A stretch of DNA of 64,000 nucleotides from contig NC_043003.1 of the NCBI RefSeq assembly GCF_006345805.1, positions 41,168,001 to 41,232,000 on the forward strand. Reading direction: 5' to 3'. A program made the translations under genes and the position numbers. Below are positions 1 through 12,799 of the stretch, in pieces (the stretch's first letter is position 1; each line of letters opens with the position of its first letter). Source of the stretch: Octopus sinensis. Its lineage: Eukaryota. The notes below the pieces were generated by a model. That model saw only the letters and a program-made list of their open reading frames with translations. It was not told the origin of the DNA and did not search any database.

Positions 1-19
1 AATTATATATCGCTTTATA

Positions 20-190
20 TTCAGAGTTCAAATACCACCGAATTCAACTTTACTTTTCATCTCTTCTAGATCGATAAATAAAGTACCAACTGAGTAGCTG
101 GAATCGATACAATCGATTGTATTCTGCCACACACATTTGGTATTGTGCTTTTCAGAACGAAAATATTTGGAGACCAAGGGTACTGAATTA
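20..190 (+). mobile_element. Degenerate, headless copy of the main tRNA-derived SINE (family S1)
   Basis: gagttcaaat...ttttcatc...gatcgataaataaagtacca...atcgatacaatcgat matches the S1 body seen intact at 1138 and 48366. Confidence 0.55.
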
Positions 191-606
191 GCTGAAAGAA
201 TACAGCTTCTGAGAAAATGTCGTTGTATTCAATTTTAACACGTTATGTTCTGAAATTAAATGCGATGCGTGTGACTTTGCTTTCAGACATTCTGCGCTCT
301 CTAAAATATAATAATAATTCTTGAATTTAGGAATGGATATAATCAAGTCGTTGTCCTCTGCAACTGTTTGGCCTTGACCTATGTTAAGAGATGATACGTT
401 TCGATACAGATTTCTTAGTTGTTAGTGATACATACTAATTGATGTAAAAAGGTTTTAAATTTTGGCTCAAGGCTAGCTATTCTGGTGAGAAGGGTTAACT
501 CGATTACATTAACCTCAGCACTTGAACAATATTTATTTTAACAATTCCGGAATGATACGCTAATAATTTTCTGCAGTTTGCAAGTGATCTTTCCAGCTCT
601 CCGCAT

Positions 607-815
607 TACTCATCTATTCTACTATAAGCACTAGGCATGGAATTTCTGAGGGAAGGGACTTAGTCGATTACATTGATCCCCGTGCGCAACTGGTATTTAT
701 TTTATCAACCCGAACAAAATGTGAGGCAAAGTTTGAACTCAGAACATAATAATTTGGAAGGGATGACGCTATTTTATCTGATGGGCTGACAGTTCTGCCA
801 GCTCACTACCTTAAA
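607..815 (-). mobile_element. Old S1 SINE copy
   Basis: Reverse complement gives the head (gtagtgagctggcagaa), the B-box region gagttcaaactttgcc, gataaaataaataccagttgcgcac and the 3' tail. Confidence 0.6.
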
Positions 816-1137
816 CCGCTGCCTTACTAATCGATGTAATAATAGCAGGTATATAAAGTTTTTGATTAGCATGCTGTTGTTCTTCAGTTACAAGTCAACC
901 AACACCCAACTCACCTCTGACCGTCCGGTTTTTCTCATACGTGAAGTTAGAACTTGCCCATCTTATTCAATGCGTATTTTTCTAAGATGCTACGGCGCAA
1001 TTTGAAGGAACTGTACACGCTTTGCCTAGCAAACCGATCTACCTAGTTAAAGCTCTATCGCTCACTCGTTGTTGTTGATAGTATTAGTGGTAGTGATTCT
1101 GGAAGTGCTTGGTTTATTATAATGTTTCATTATGTCA

Positions 1138-1722
1138 GGCGGCGAGCTGACAGAAATGTTAACACCCCGAGGGAATGCTTAGCGGTATTTCGTCTGCCAC
1201 TATGTTCTGAGTTCAAATTCCGCCGAGGTCGACTTTGCCTGTCATCTTTTCGGGGTCGATAAATTAAGTACCAGTTACGCACTGGAGTCAATGTAATCGG
1301 CTTAATCCGTTTGTCCGTCCTTGTTTGTCCCCTTTGTGTTTAGCCCCATGTGGGTAGTAAAGAAATAGGTATTTCGTCTGTGTTTACGTTCTGAGTTCAA
1401 ATTCCGCTGAGGTCGACTTTGCCTTTCATCCTTTAGGGGTCGATAGATTAAGTACCAGTTACACACTGGAGTCGATGTAATCGGCTTAATCGGCTTAATC
1501 CGTTTGTCTGTCCTTGTTTGTTCTCCGTGTTTAGCCCCTTGTGGGTAGTAAACAAATAGGTATTTCGTCTGTCTTTACGTTCCCAGTTCTAATTCAGCCG
1601 AGGTCGACTTTGCCTTTCATCCTTTCGTGGTCGATAAATTATGTACCAGTTGCGTACTGGTGTCGATCTAATCGACTGGCTCCCTCCCCCAAAATTTCGA
1701 GCCTTGTGCCAAGAGAAGAAAA
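1138..1722 (+). mobile_element. S1 SINE trimer (one head plus three body units)
   Basis: ggcggcgagctg head, then three repeats of gttcaaattccgc.gaggtcgactttgcctttcatcc...agtaccagtt. Flanking TSD-like tttcattatgtca (1125-1137) and ttccattatgtaa (1728-1740). The body resembles the Meta-type SINE domain (recalled, not verified). Confidence 0.9.
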
Positions 1723-2059
1723 CAAAATTCCATTATGTAATATATGTATTTTATCACATATATTATTATAATATATACGTAACGTATGTTTATTATAATA
1801 TATGTAATGTATGTTTTGTTACGATAGAGGTAGGTATTGCATACGGCTGAGAAATTGAATTGTTATTATTAAGCTTACAAGCAATATTCCACAATTTTTT
1901 TTAATAAACCGTCATTTTATGGGGCAAATTTCACCTTACCTTATTCAATATTTTCAATTTGAGGAAAAAGTGGTGTCATTTTAAGAATGTTGACCGTGCA
2001 TCCGCAAAAACCTTTATTCTACTTTCCCCCCACTATCTCTGTACGTCTGTTTGTTACCC

Positions 2060-2230
2060 TATCACTCTCTCTGTTTCTCTCTTTGTCTCTCTCTCTCTCT
2101 TTCTCTGTCTATCTCCCACCTCTTTCTCTCCACCTCTCTCCCTCTCCCCTATCTCTTCCTCTCCCCCTCCTCTCTCTCTTTTCCTCTCCTCTCTCTCCCT
2201 CTCTCCTCACTGTCTCCCTACGCCCTCTCT
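2060..2230. repeat. Polypyrimidine (CT-rich) tract
   Basis: Almost pure C/T sequence. Confidence 0.9.
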
Positions 2231-4785
2231 GCTTTATGCGATGTTTTCTACTGTCTTTGTTTTGAAACTCTGTGTAGCATGAATTTTAGTAATCCTATTT
2301 ACTTGAGAAAGTTTCAACGGCCATAATTTTGGACAATACGCTTGATAGATGACATCTTGCAATTAAATTAGTGTCACGGTCTTTTCTTTTTATATTACGC
2401 AGCTGAATAATCAGGTTTTTACTGTTATATAACAATTATATATAGATTTCCGTTGTAGCTTATTTAGCGGTTTATGACTTTTAAAAAGTAACTTCCTGAA
2501 ACATCGTTGTGTACAAAACCCGACAAATTTAAAGAATTTAATAAATGGGCAAACTCAGGATATAAAGCCACCTGCGACATCTGAGAGTTTGAAGTGTGGC
2601 CTGGATGAAGCAAACACTATTTCAGAAAACAAAATATTGATACTATAATATTATACTTTCCATAATAGTTTTTAAAATTCCTCGACAATATCAAGAAAAT
2701 CAAATTACCTTCATATTTTTATATTAATATTTATAATATTTTCATAATAAATGAAAGAACAGATATTTTGTATTACATTTTAATTTTGCTTGTATTTTGT
2801 TGATTTGGTGAATTAAAATTTGAAAGAAACACTCTTTGACATAGGTAAAGAATGAAAATTGCAACTGTCTTTAAATCATCGTGAAGAAACCAAAGCAAGA
2901 AACCAGGTGTGTTGTGTGTGTGTGCGTCTGTGTTTGTGTACACACACACATGCAGATATATATGAATTGCATCTAGTCACCTTAATTTAAATATATACAT
3001 ACACATATATATACATGTATATATATGTATATATATATTTATATATATATATTATATATATATATATATATATACATATATATATAGGTATACATATACA
3101 CACGTATATGTATACACACGTGTATGCATATGCATATGCCTGCGTTTGCGTGACCAAGCGGCTGTTCGCTTATGCACGTTGACCTACTTTCATCCTTTGT
3201 ATCGTTTTTCATCATATTTTCTCTTTACAGTAAAGGTTTCAAAACCATTACCGATTAAGCAAATACAAGGAAGACCTACAAAACGAAAAAAAAAGAAAAC
3301 AAGAAGAGTTAGGACACTTTAAATGAAGCACAAACACCTTGAAGTATTTAGACAAAAGTGTTTAGACAAAAAAAGATCGTAGAGAAAAAAAAACGCAAAT
3401 GTTCAAACCAAAATCACAATGTAATAACAATGCTTCCATAAAGAGTGTGAATGCTTACGCAAATATATAACGGCAGTAGCGTAATAACGACTTGGAATTA
3501 CATTTAAAAATTGCTCTACCACAAACAAAACAGCAGATAAAGGAATCTGGAATTAAGACAGAAAATAATCGACAGTGGATATTCTAAGAAACTAATAGAC
3601 TAAACCGTAGAGCAATACAGATATTATACAATGCAATAAATATATCTGACACAGATCCTAAAAATATACTCAAATGCCATAGGAAAGGCGTTTATGAATC
3701 CAATTTATACTAACTAATGAAACACAGGAACATTACTGGCAAACACATTGAAAAATTCTCTGATTGATTCACTGCCTGCCAAATACGGGGCAATGGTGTC
3801 TTATACTTAACAGAAGACAAAATAATAAGCATCAATTATAATAAACACTTCGCTATATATAGTGATGCACACTATCATAATTCGCATGATTATCAAATGT
3901 TGCAGATTACAACAATATACCAATGTATGTATATGCTTGTGTGTTTATATCTATCTTTGTTAATTATCTCATTTCACAAATTATATATCTATGCATAAAT
4001 ATGTGTATTTGTATGTGTCTAACTATTAGTCATTTCCTTATTCTTTTTAATACATGCATACATACATACAGTCATACATACATAACATAATATACATATA
4101 TATAAATATGTGTGTGTCAGATTGTGTGTTGGTGTATGTATCTATACATCTATATTAGCCAACTCATTTGACAAATAAGCTGAATTTATTACACAGTAGT
4201 TACTGATATCTATAAATACATCAAAGTACATACATCATACATGCTTATATGCATACACACACATATACACACATATATGTATGCTTGTGTATATATATAT
4301 ATTGGGTGTAGGATGTACATATATTGGGGGAGATGTATGCTTGCATATATGCTAAACTAATAACTGCCTGAAAGCGAAAGCAGGTTGTCAAGTATTCAAA
4401 TTTACGCGGTGAGGATCCCATAAATCTTTTGTACATATTATCCTTGTTTTTATCCTTATTTCAATAAATCCTAATTCTGTAATCCTTTTGTTTACACGAT
4501 TCTTCTTATTCTTCTATAGCGGAGGCAACGCGTAGGAAGATACCTAAACTAATGTCCTTTCAATATTTTCACTGCATTTGTGGCTCAACAATTATTCCGC
4601 ACAGTTTGATGTCTCATTGAATATATCACTTCAACGTTATTTATTATATCTTGCTGTCATTATTGCATATATATGTTTTATATAGTTATTTGACTGTCCC
4701 TCACTTTCATTCTTTTACATTTTCTCAAGGTATATGTGTGGATATGTGTGTGTGTGTATGTGGTTATATGCATACATAAAGATCT

Positions 4786-5050
4786 TCTTCGGTCATGAAT
4801 GACTATGGTATTGCACCTGGAAAGTTCCCCTCCGAGGCATAAGTCCGGGTAGCGTTGTTTATGGAAGATCAGCAGTCGCCCATGGATACCACCCTCTCCT
4901 CTCCACGTTACCGATTATATCTAAGGGAGAGGCAAACGTCGATACAACATGGCATCAGTGACGTCACAACTCATTTCCACGGCTGAGTGAACTGGAGCAA
5001 CGTGAAATAAAGTGACTTGCTCAAGAACACAACACATAACCTGGTCCGGG
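4786..5050 (-). mobile_element. SINE family S2, head truncated
   Basis: Clearly similar to 8505-8826 (gtcatgaatgac..ttgcacct.gaaag..ccctccga; gcaacgtgaaataaagt..cttgctcaagaacacaacac). Confidence 0.75.
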
Positions 5051-5203
5051 AATATGCATACATTTATTATATATATATGTATGTGGAGGCGGGTGTGGGT
5101 GAGTATGAAGAGACACATGCATATATATCTTTACATATGTAAGTATGCATACATATACAAGTAGGTATTCGTATATAAAATTAATTGTAGTAATGCATGT
5201 AAA

Positions 5204-5334
5204 TTAGCGGTTCGGCAAAAGAGACCGAAGCAATAAGTACTAGGCTTACAAAGAATAAGTCCTGGGGTCGACTTGCTCGACTAAAGGCGGAGTTCCAGCA
5301 TGGCTGCAGTTAAATGACTCAAACAAATAGGAGA

Positions 5335-5335
<1 letters not shown>
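5204..5335 (+). mobile_element. 3' part of SINE family S3
   Basis: ttagcggttcggcaaaagagaccga...aataagtactaggctt, shared with the 14663, 45927 and 60499 copies. Confidence 0.75.
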
Positions 5336-5385
<50 letters not shown>

Positions 5386-5707
5386 GTGTATATAAATATA
5401 ATTTTTTTATATTTACTATTATTATTACTAGTATTGTTATACATACATACAAGCATATGTAATGATAATAATAAGTGGATGTAAACACACATGAACATAA
5501 TAAAATAAACAAAAACAACAACACAAAACAAATTACATGAACGTATATAAACAGAAGATACAATATTACAGGCATCCCCCACACACACACTAAATAAACT
5601 TAGACGCACATAGAGATATAAGCATGCGCAAATGAAGACATACAATAGAAATACAAAATGGCTGACGGTTAGTAAGGAGATACACAAATAAGAAAGAAGA
5701 AAACAAA

Positions 5708-5752
5708 GGACTACTGATGCGGTCACAGGAGTGTGACGAAAGAACTCTGGCC
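5708..5752 (+). ncRNA. Minimal hammerhead-like motif, family HB, with A9C change (inside a ~300 bp repeat, 5640-5925)
   Basis: CTGATGC-G-GTCACA-GGAG-TGTGAC-GAAA-GAAC-TC-TGG: perfect 6-bp stem II, GAAA and a UC site. The paralog at 20880 has CTGATGA. Confidence 0.5.
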
Positions 5753-5944
5753 GAAATAAGATTAAGATTAATGTAAAAAATAAATAACACTGAAGCAAAA
5801 TAACACCAAATATATATTGCGTGTGTTTTTATTGGCTAAACTGGCAAAATGACCATTCCGAAATATAACAATATCTGTTTCAACACCCGATCTCACATAA
5901 AAAAATCTTGCACAACAAATATGTAAACGTATGTGTCCTTGCCC

Positions 5945-7416
5945 CCCTAGTGGCATCTCTTCCCTCCCACATCCACGATACCAACCATGCTCTCCGGCTT
6001 TTCAACTCTTTCTCCTTTCCTCCCGGCTCCTCCAAAATCCTTTTTACTATGGACATCCAAGCCTCTATACTGTTATCCCTCACCACGAAGGACTGCAGGC
6101 CCTTCGACACTTTCTTGACCTCCGCGCTAACCCTGTACCTGACACCTCCACACTCATTCGTCTGGCCGAACTTGTCCTTACTCTGAACTGCTTCTCGTTC
6201 GCGGGCGAGTTCTACCATCAGGTCTCGGGAGTGGCCATGGGAACGCGAATGGGCCCCAACTATGCGAACCTGTTCGTTGGCTATGTTGAGGCCCAAATAT
6301 TCTCTAATTTCACTGGTCCCACTCCTGAACTATATGGTCGTTATATTGACGACATTATCGGTGCCACCTCACTCTCCTCGCCGCGAACATCTAGATTCCT
6401 TCCTCTCTTTCGTCCAATCTTTCCATCCACCCTCCACTTCACTTCCACTATCTCCAACACCTCTGTCTCCTTCCTCGACATTTCGGTTAGCATTCTTCAC
6501 TCCACTCTTACCACCTCCATTCACTACAAACACACATACTCACACTCATACCTCAACTTCTCTTCCTCCCACCCAGAACACACCAAGCTTTCCATCCCCT
6601 ATTCCCAATTCCTCCGTCTACGTAGGCTCTGTAGTGACGACCATGACTTTGAGACTCAGTCTCAACGTATGGCTCACCACTTCACCCTACGTGGATACCC
6701 CCTCACCACTATCCACACAGCACCCGCCCTTGCCAGAGCACGGTCCGTGGACCGTGTATCTGCTCTCTCTCCCCGAACCCGCCCTGTAGTTTCCCGCCTC
6801 CTTTTCCCCTCACTTACCACCCCCCACGACCCTACGTCTCCAACGCACCATTCTTCGAGCTTTCCGTCATCTCCGTCCGACCCGTCCACTCACACCTCTT
6901 CCCTAACCGACCCCTCCCCTCTTTCAATGAGCCCACAACCTCGAGACCTTTTGGTCCATAGCTCCTTCCCTGACCCTACCTCCAACCCGGCTCGTTCCCC
7001 TGCTCCCGCCCACGTTGCCGCACTGCCCTTACCTCCTTACCTCTCCAACACGACCCGCCTCACTAGCACCCACCATCGACCCTATCCCATCATCCACTCC
7101 TTCACCTGCACCTCCAGCAATATTATCTATTGCATCTCTTGTTCTCTCTGCAATTCCTTGTACATCGGACAAACGGGACGCCGCTTGGCTGACCGGTTTC
7201 GCGGAACACCTTCGTGACATCCACCTTGCGAACGACACACCGGTCTCACGCCATTTCCGCTCCACCGGTCACTCCTTGCAACACCTATCTGTGTTCGTTT
7301 TGTCCTTACACAGAGGCCATCCGGATCCCGTTTGCGTGCGCCGTGAACAGGAATTAATCTTCTCTCTTCGCTCTTCGCTATACGCCATTTGGTCTCACTC
7401 TCCCCTCCTCATCTAA
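5945..7416 (+). mobile_element. Penelope-like element (probably Neptune-type), 5'-truncated, RT + GIY-YIG endonuclease, frameshifted
   Basis: RT motifs TMDI/SLYTVIPH, FYHQVSGVAMGTRMGPNYANLF, YGRYIDDI, FLDI and SSSHPEH. Endonuclease CTSSNIIYCISCSLCNSLYIGQTGRRLADRF, then (next frame) AEHLRDI...VSRHF...REQELIFSL. Confidence 0.92.
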
Positions 7417-8060
7417 CCCCTCTCCCCCTCCTCCCCTATCCTTCTCTCCCGACCCCTACTTCTTCAGTCCTTCATCCTTTCGCTCCTACTCCCCTTCCCT
7501 TCTTTCCTCTTCTCCCTCCCTCTCCCCTTCCCTCTGCTCCCTCACTCCCTCTCTCCCCTTCTCTCTCCCCCTTCCCTCTTTCCTCCTTCATCCCCCCCTC
7601 CTCCCCTTCCTTCTCCCCTCTCTCCTATTCCCCTTCTCCTCCCCCTCTTCTTCCCCTCCCCTTCCCCCTCGTCTCCCCCTCCCCCTCTTCTCCTCACTAC
7701 ACCACATGACTTTACACATCACATCACATATGATGTGCCATACTAATACACACACCAACTAATACATACTAATACGTACTATACATACTAGTACATACTA
7801 TACTTACACCAACCCTTTACATACACACGTCCAGACCCCGCATACGCACTTATAGTCTCTCACACACACACACACACACCTATACATACCAATACGTACT
7901 AATACATACTAATACATACTATACATACACCAACCCATACATACGCACGTCCAGACCAATCTACGCACTAATACTCTCTCATACACACACACACACACAC
8001 CCTTATACATACTAATACATACACCAACCCTATACATACACCATCCAGACCCCTCCCACG
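7417..8060. repeat. C-rich polypyrimidine tract followed by about three copies of a ~130 bp CATA/CA-rich minisatellite
   Basis: 7417-7700 is nearly pure C/T. The unit catacaccaaccc..tacatac.cacgtccagacc is repeated at ~7800, ~7925 and ~8015. Confidence 0.75.
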
Positions 8061-8237
8061 CACTTTTAGCTGGTCCCTCAACCCATTTATCAACCCTATT
8101 ATCTCCCCTTATTTCGCTCTCGCGTCTCATGTTTGATCTTTGACCTCTGGCCGAAATCAGATCGCCATGTTGATTCGTTAGCTACTGCACGCATTTTTTT
8201 CTCTCCTCTTCTTTCTGTGTTTTTCTCTCTCTGTGTA

Positions 8238-8275
8238 TCTTTCTGTTGAAGAGCGTAGGCTCGAAACGTTAAAGA
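8238..8275 (+). ncRNA. Minimal type I hammerhead ribozyme, family HA (in the PLE 3' repeat, ~8175-8372)
   Basis: tcttt-CTGTTGA-A-GAGC-GTAG-GCTC-GAAA-CG-TT-aaaga: 5-bp stem I, 4-bp stem II and the palindromic ACGT stem III. U replaces A at core position 6. Confidence 0.7.
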
Positions 8276-8371
8276 CTTGTTTTATTTATATTTCCTGAGC
8301 GCCATACTAATACAATTGTTCGTTTGTTTTCCACCTGCCTTCGTCTTTTGTTATTTTCATAAAGCTTCCCG

Positions 8372-8417
<46 letters not shown>

Positions 8418-8504
8418 TATACATGCATTACATGCATTACTACAGTTATTTTTGATCGGGCACTAACTGTTAACCTATTTATACTTTCATCATATAGAGG
8501 AGGA

Positions 8505-8826
8505 GACCCTCTTCGATCATGAATGACCATAGGATTGCACCTAGAAAGTTACCCTCCGAAGCACAAGTCCTGGAAAGGTTGTTTGTGGAAGGCCAGCTGT
8601 CAGCCATTCATGCCAGTCTTCCCTCTCCACGCCACCGATGTCATCCAAGGGAAAGGCAAAGGCCGATACAGCTTGGTACCAGTGATGTCGCCACTCATTT
8701 CTACAGCTGAGTTAACTGGGGCAATGTGAAATAAAGTGTCTTGCTCAAGAACACAACACGCAACCCGGTCCGGGAATCGAACTCACAACCTCACGATCGT
8801 AAGCTCGACACTCTAACCACTGAGTC
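8505..8826 (-). mobile_element. tRNA-derived SINE family S2
   Basis: Reverse complement starts tggttagagtgtcgagcttacgatcgtgaggttgtgagttcgattcccgg (tRNA-like with B box). Paralogs at 4786 and 24522. Confidence 0.85.
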
Positions 8827-11569
8827 ATGTATATACGTATACATGTGTGCTTGTGTGTGTGTATGTGTACGTGTGTGTGTGTGTGTGTGTGTGTGCGCGC
8901 TGCGGTAAGAAAAAACAGAAACCGAAAAGCTCTCAGAATCATAATATGTGATACTCATTTGAACAGTAAACGTATGTTGTCCATCCATTTGGACAAACTA
9001 GTATCAAATGATGAAACATTTGCAATATCGAAACATCATTAAAATCCGCCTTACTTCCCATGCGCCACATGAATGGTCGTGTTAATTACCATAACTCTTT
9101 GTACCTCACACGCGCACACACATACACGTAGAAATATATCACCATTTATCTTGCGCTTTTCCACTGTGTATCATATTAAACGTGGGTGGGTCGGTGTGCG
9201 TGTTTATTAGATTGTTTGTGCATGTTTAGGTATGCTTGATGATGATGGTGATGCTGTTAAGGATGCCGATGATGATAATGATGATATCAATGATGATAAA
9301 TTGTAAAAAGGATGATGATGATGACGACACTGACAATGTTGGCAACGATGATGTGAAGATGAGGTGGTCGATTTTTTTAAGGATAGTTGTTACCTCGTAC
9401 ATAACAATGAGAGAAACATCAACAGTAGTGAAGATAACTAGAACAAGAAAAACATCTAAGAATATACTGTGAATGTAGGTGGTGATTGTGATGGTGATGT
9501 AAGCGTGGGAGAGAAAGCAGTATAATAACTTTAATAAAATATTTAAAATATCATATTGCCGGAAATAAAATTGAAAATAATCAGGTTGAAAACTACAGCA
9601 GAAATTCTTATAGTTTGATAATAGGCAGAATCATAAAAAATACGATTATTAACAAATACAAGAAATATAGCGAAAACAGCAAACTCAGCGCCTAGATAAT
9701 TCGTCTAAAGGTTATAGGGTGTGGGTGTAAGACATTTACGAAATATCCACAAAGTTGGCTGATGTGAGATAAGTGAAAAAGTTCTTATGCTAATGCTACA
9801 TGTCTGAAATTATTTGTCGATAGGAATAGTTGATATTGTTAAGAAAATTCCGCCACTAGCAATTAAAATAAACGTTGAGCAATAGAACTTTAGAAATAAA
9901 AACGGAAGACAGAAATATAAAGAGGCAGTAAGAAAGCAGGTGAAAGGAAAAGCAGAAGAAGGACGGAAAGGGTAAAATAAAAAGAAGTGAACGAAGTACG
10001 AAACGAAAAAAACAAAGAAACTAATGGGGAAAGTATCAAAGAATGAACGAAAGGGAAGAAAGAATGAAGGAAGAAGTATGGAAAGAACAAATGAATAAAG
10101 GCAGAAAGAATGAAAGGAAAAAAAGAAATTTTGAAAAATTGTCGGTGATGGAAGTCTAAAACAGGGTTAGAAATAAAGACACATCAAAACATTGAAAAAG
10201 GTAACAAAGATGAAAGATAATAATGAGAAAAATAAGATAAGAGAGAAGGAAGAATTGAATGAAAGTCTTACAAAAAAATACTGCTTTTATCGACATTTTC
10301 TAGAATGGAAATCCACAAGAATTCCTCTATGTTTTTTCATTAACTTTTGTTCTTTTGTTTACAGAATAGAAAAATATTTAAAAGAAAAATACAAATCTTC
10401 CCTATTTCAATTCCTCTGCCTTATTTTAGCCCGAATACTTCATTTCATACAGAGAACACCTGTTGTGTTTGCAGCTATTATTTTTTCGTTCTGTTATGTG
10501 TAGTAGGTTATACAGTTTTATATGGTAGTTTATATGTTTTCTAACAGTTATTTTTTACTTTACTGTTTATTTTTTCTGGTTCTTAGTTCTTTTGCTTTAG
10601 CTTATTATTCAAATTTATCTGCTATTTTTTTCATTCTTTTCAACTTCTAGTTTATTTTTTTAAATCATAGAAGATATGAAAAGATTATCGTCAGCAGGGT
10701 GGGTGAATAATATTTGAATAAAGTTAGTGTACTGGCAATCAGAATCAATAGACTGGTTACAGTTCATGGTTAGAAATATTTCGCATAAATTAGTAATGCA
10801 CAAGCTTAACGCATGAACATCACGAAATATCACGAATCCTTGCCTTTATCCAATTTAGGAAACCATTGCTACAGGACTTGTGAAACCACAATCTTCAACT
10901 ATTCTTTGATAATCATGCCTATCTTAAGTTACTATTTCTATTTAGATGTATTTCTTGTTTTTCTCAATGCAAAAATGAAAGCAGTCCTATGTAATTTGAG
11001 TATGCTGGAGTGGTTTATTTCGTTTCTCTCTTTTGTATTGTGTTAACATTAAATAATATGCGTGCAATGCTTAATAGTTCTCTTTCAGTATATATAAGCA
11101 AAAAATGCATACTTAACGTAAAGAGTACCTCCCAAAACTGTGAAATGAGTGAAAACTGAACACGTAATGGAATGAAAAAGAAATGGAGCATCAAAGGTAC
11201 TTCCGAGTGAAAGGCAAAGTAGAAAACTCTAAGGTTAAATAGACCAAAATATGTATGACATGTATTATGCATTAGGGAGTGAGATTCAGAGTTAGTAACT
11301 CAGGTGGTAGCTATGGATATGATTTGATATTATAAGATCTCATCACTGTAGCTCAATCTTACTTTTATTTAGCAGAATGAGATTTTATTGAAGAAAAAAT
11401 TAACTAATTAATGAGTCAATAAACATACGGTCAGATTTTCGGTGTTATTACAATTCCTTATCATATGAATGTATTACATTCATATTTCCCCCCACACATT
11501 CAAAGCGTTGACTAAAATAACTATGCGACAAAAGTTAACAATCTTTTCTAAGCACCGAAGTAATATAGA

Positions 11570-12790
11570 AAAATATTTTTGGTAACCACGCATGTTTCTT
11601 CACTATACCCCAATATTGGCCAGCTTGAAATGGTTGAAACATGCATCAGTGTCTTTAAAAAACAGTCAAACAAAGGTATCATATCTTTTTTTCTCTGTAA
11701 ATTATTGAAGTTTGGACAAATCTTTCATCAGGAGACACGGGGACGCGCCTTGCGTACCGCTATGGCAGTTAATATCACTAATGTCTTTTTGACAAAATTT
11801 GAGACAGTTAATGAAGACATTCAAATCTCTGCACAATCAAGAACTAACCCCCATGGTTACTTTTCATTGATGAAATATTTGTCTGGGAAAAATCGCTGAA
11901 TACAAACAATTGTTTTAAGTTCAATATAAAATTCTAGTCGAGGTTTTGAAAAATAGCGTCGAAGGTTTAAGTTTGTATAAGGCTAAATAATGACAGAATT
12001 ATTTAAAAAACCCAAGACATCCTAGATTTACCTTCACCGCCTCTCCGATCATCCACAACATACAATTAAGGTAAATTCGAAATCTCAGTTTTCGAGGACA
12101 AAATTGATTTGCACTGACATAAAAATGCATTTATTGGAAAAATGCATATGCTTTAGTGTGCCATTAGGTCAAACACAGTTATTATGAATCACGATTAAAA
12201 CAAATCGCAAATTACATAGCTAAGATTAATAAGACATGAAAATTCCACGCATGATTATAGCAGCCAGATTTAAATTTGTGAACGAATGTCTTTAGTGATT
12301 AACGTGCACAGAAATTTAGCTAGCATTTCAAAAGTTCTATGTAAGTTAACAGTATATTTCACAGAAATATAATTTCAAACAACTATTCCCTCATCCGCCT
12401 ATTGTAGGCTTTAAACGTAATAAAAACATATACGAGAACTATAAACACTACCTTGAATCTCATTACACCACTATTGAGGTTTCTGAACGCTGTAACTCGA
12501 AAACCAATCGCATGGCAGGTAAGCCATCTTCATTGTGCAACAACATGATTCAAGTCAATTCCATCACAAATTATAACAGAAATATTATGATTTATATAGA
12601 AGTTTTGATCTGTGAGGATTCCTATTTGGTGTACACTGTGGAATACACCAAATAAATATTGCCTGATGCTGGTTGCATAACAGAGCAATTAAATTAATGG
12701 TTTAACGGACATAGGTATGATGTAATATCGATGACGCCGTTTGATGTAAAATGTTTGGATCTTGTCACACATTTTAAATCAAACATCCAT
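11570..12790 (+). mobile_element. Old degenerate Penelope-like element
   Basis: Fragmentary translations VSSLYPNI, FHQETRGRALRTAMA, KPKTS*IYLHRLSDHPQHTI and the GIY-YIG-like CEDSYLVYTVEY...FNGHRYD. Confidence 0.6.
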
Positions 12791-12799
12791 ACTAGGTGA

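Noticed and set aside
3300-3720. Possible Penelope-like endonuclease C-terminal remnant
   Set aside because: The resemblance rests on scattered residues across several frames.
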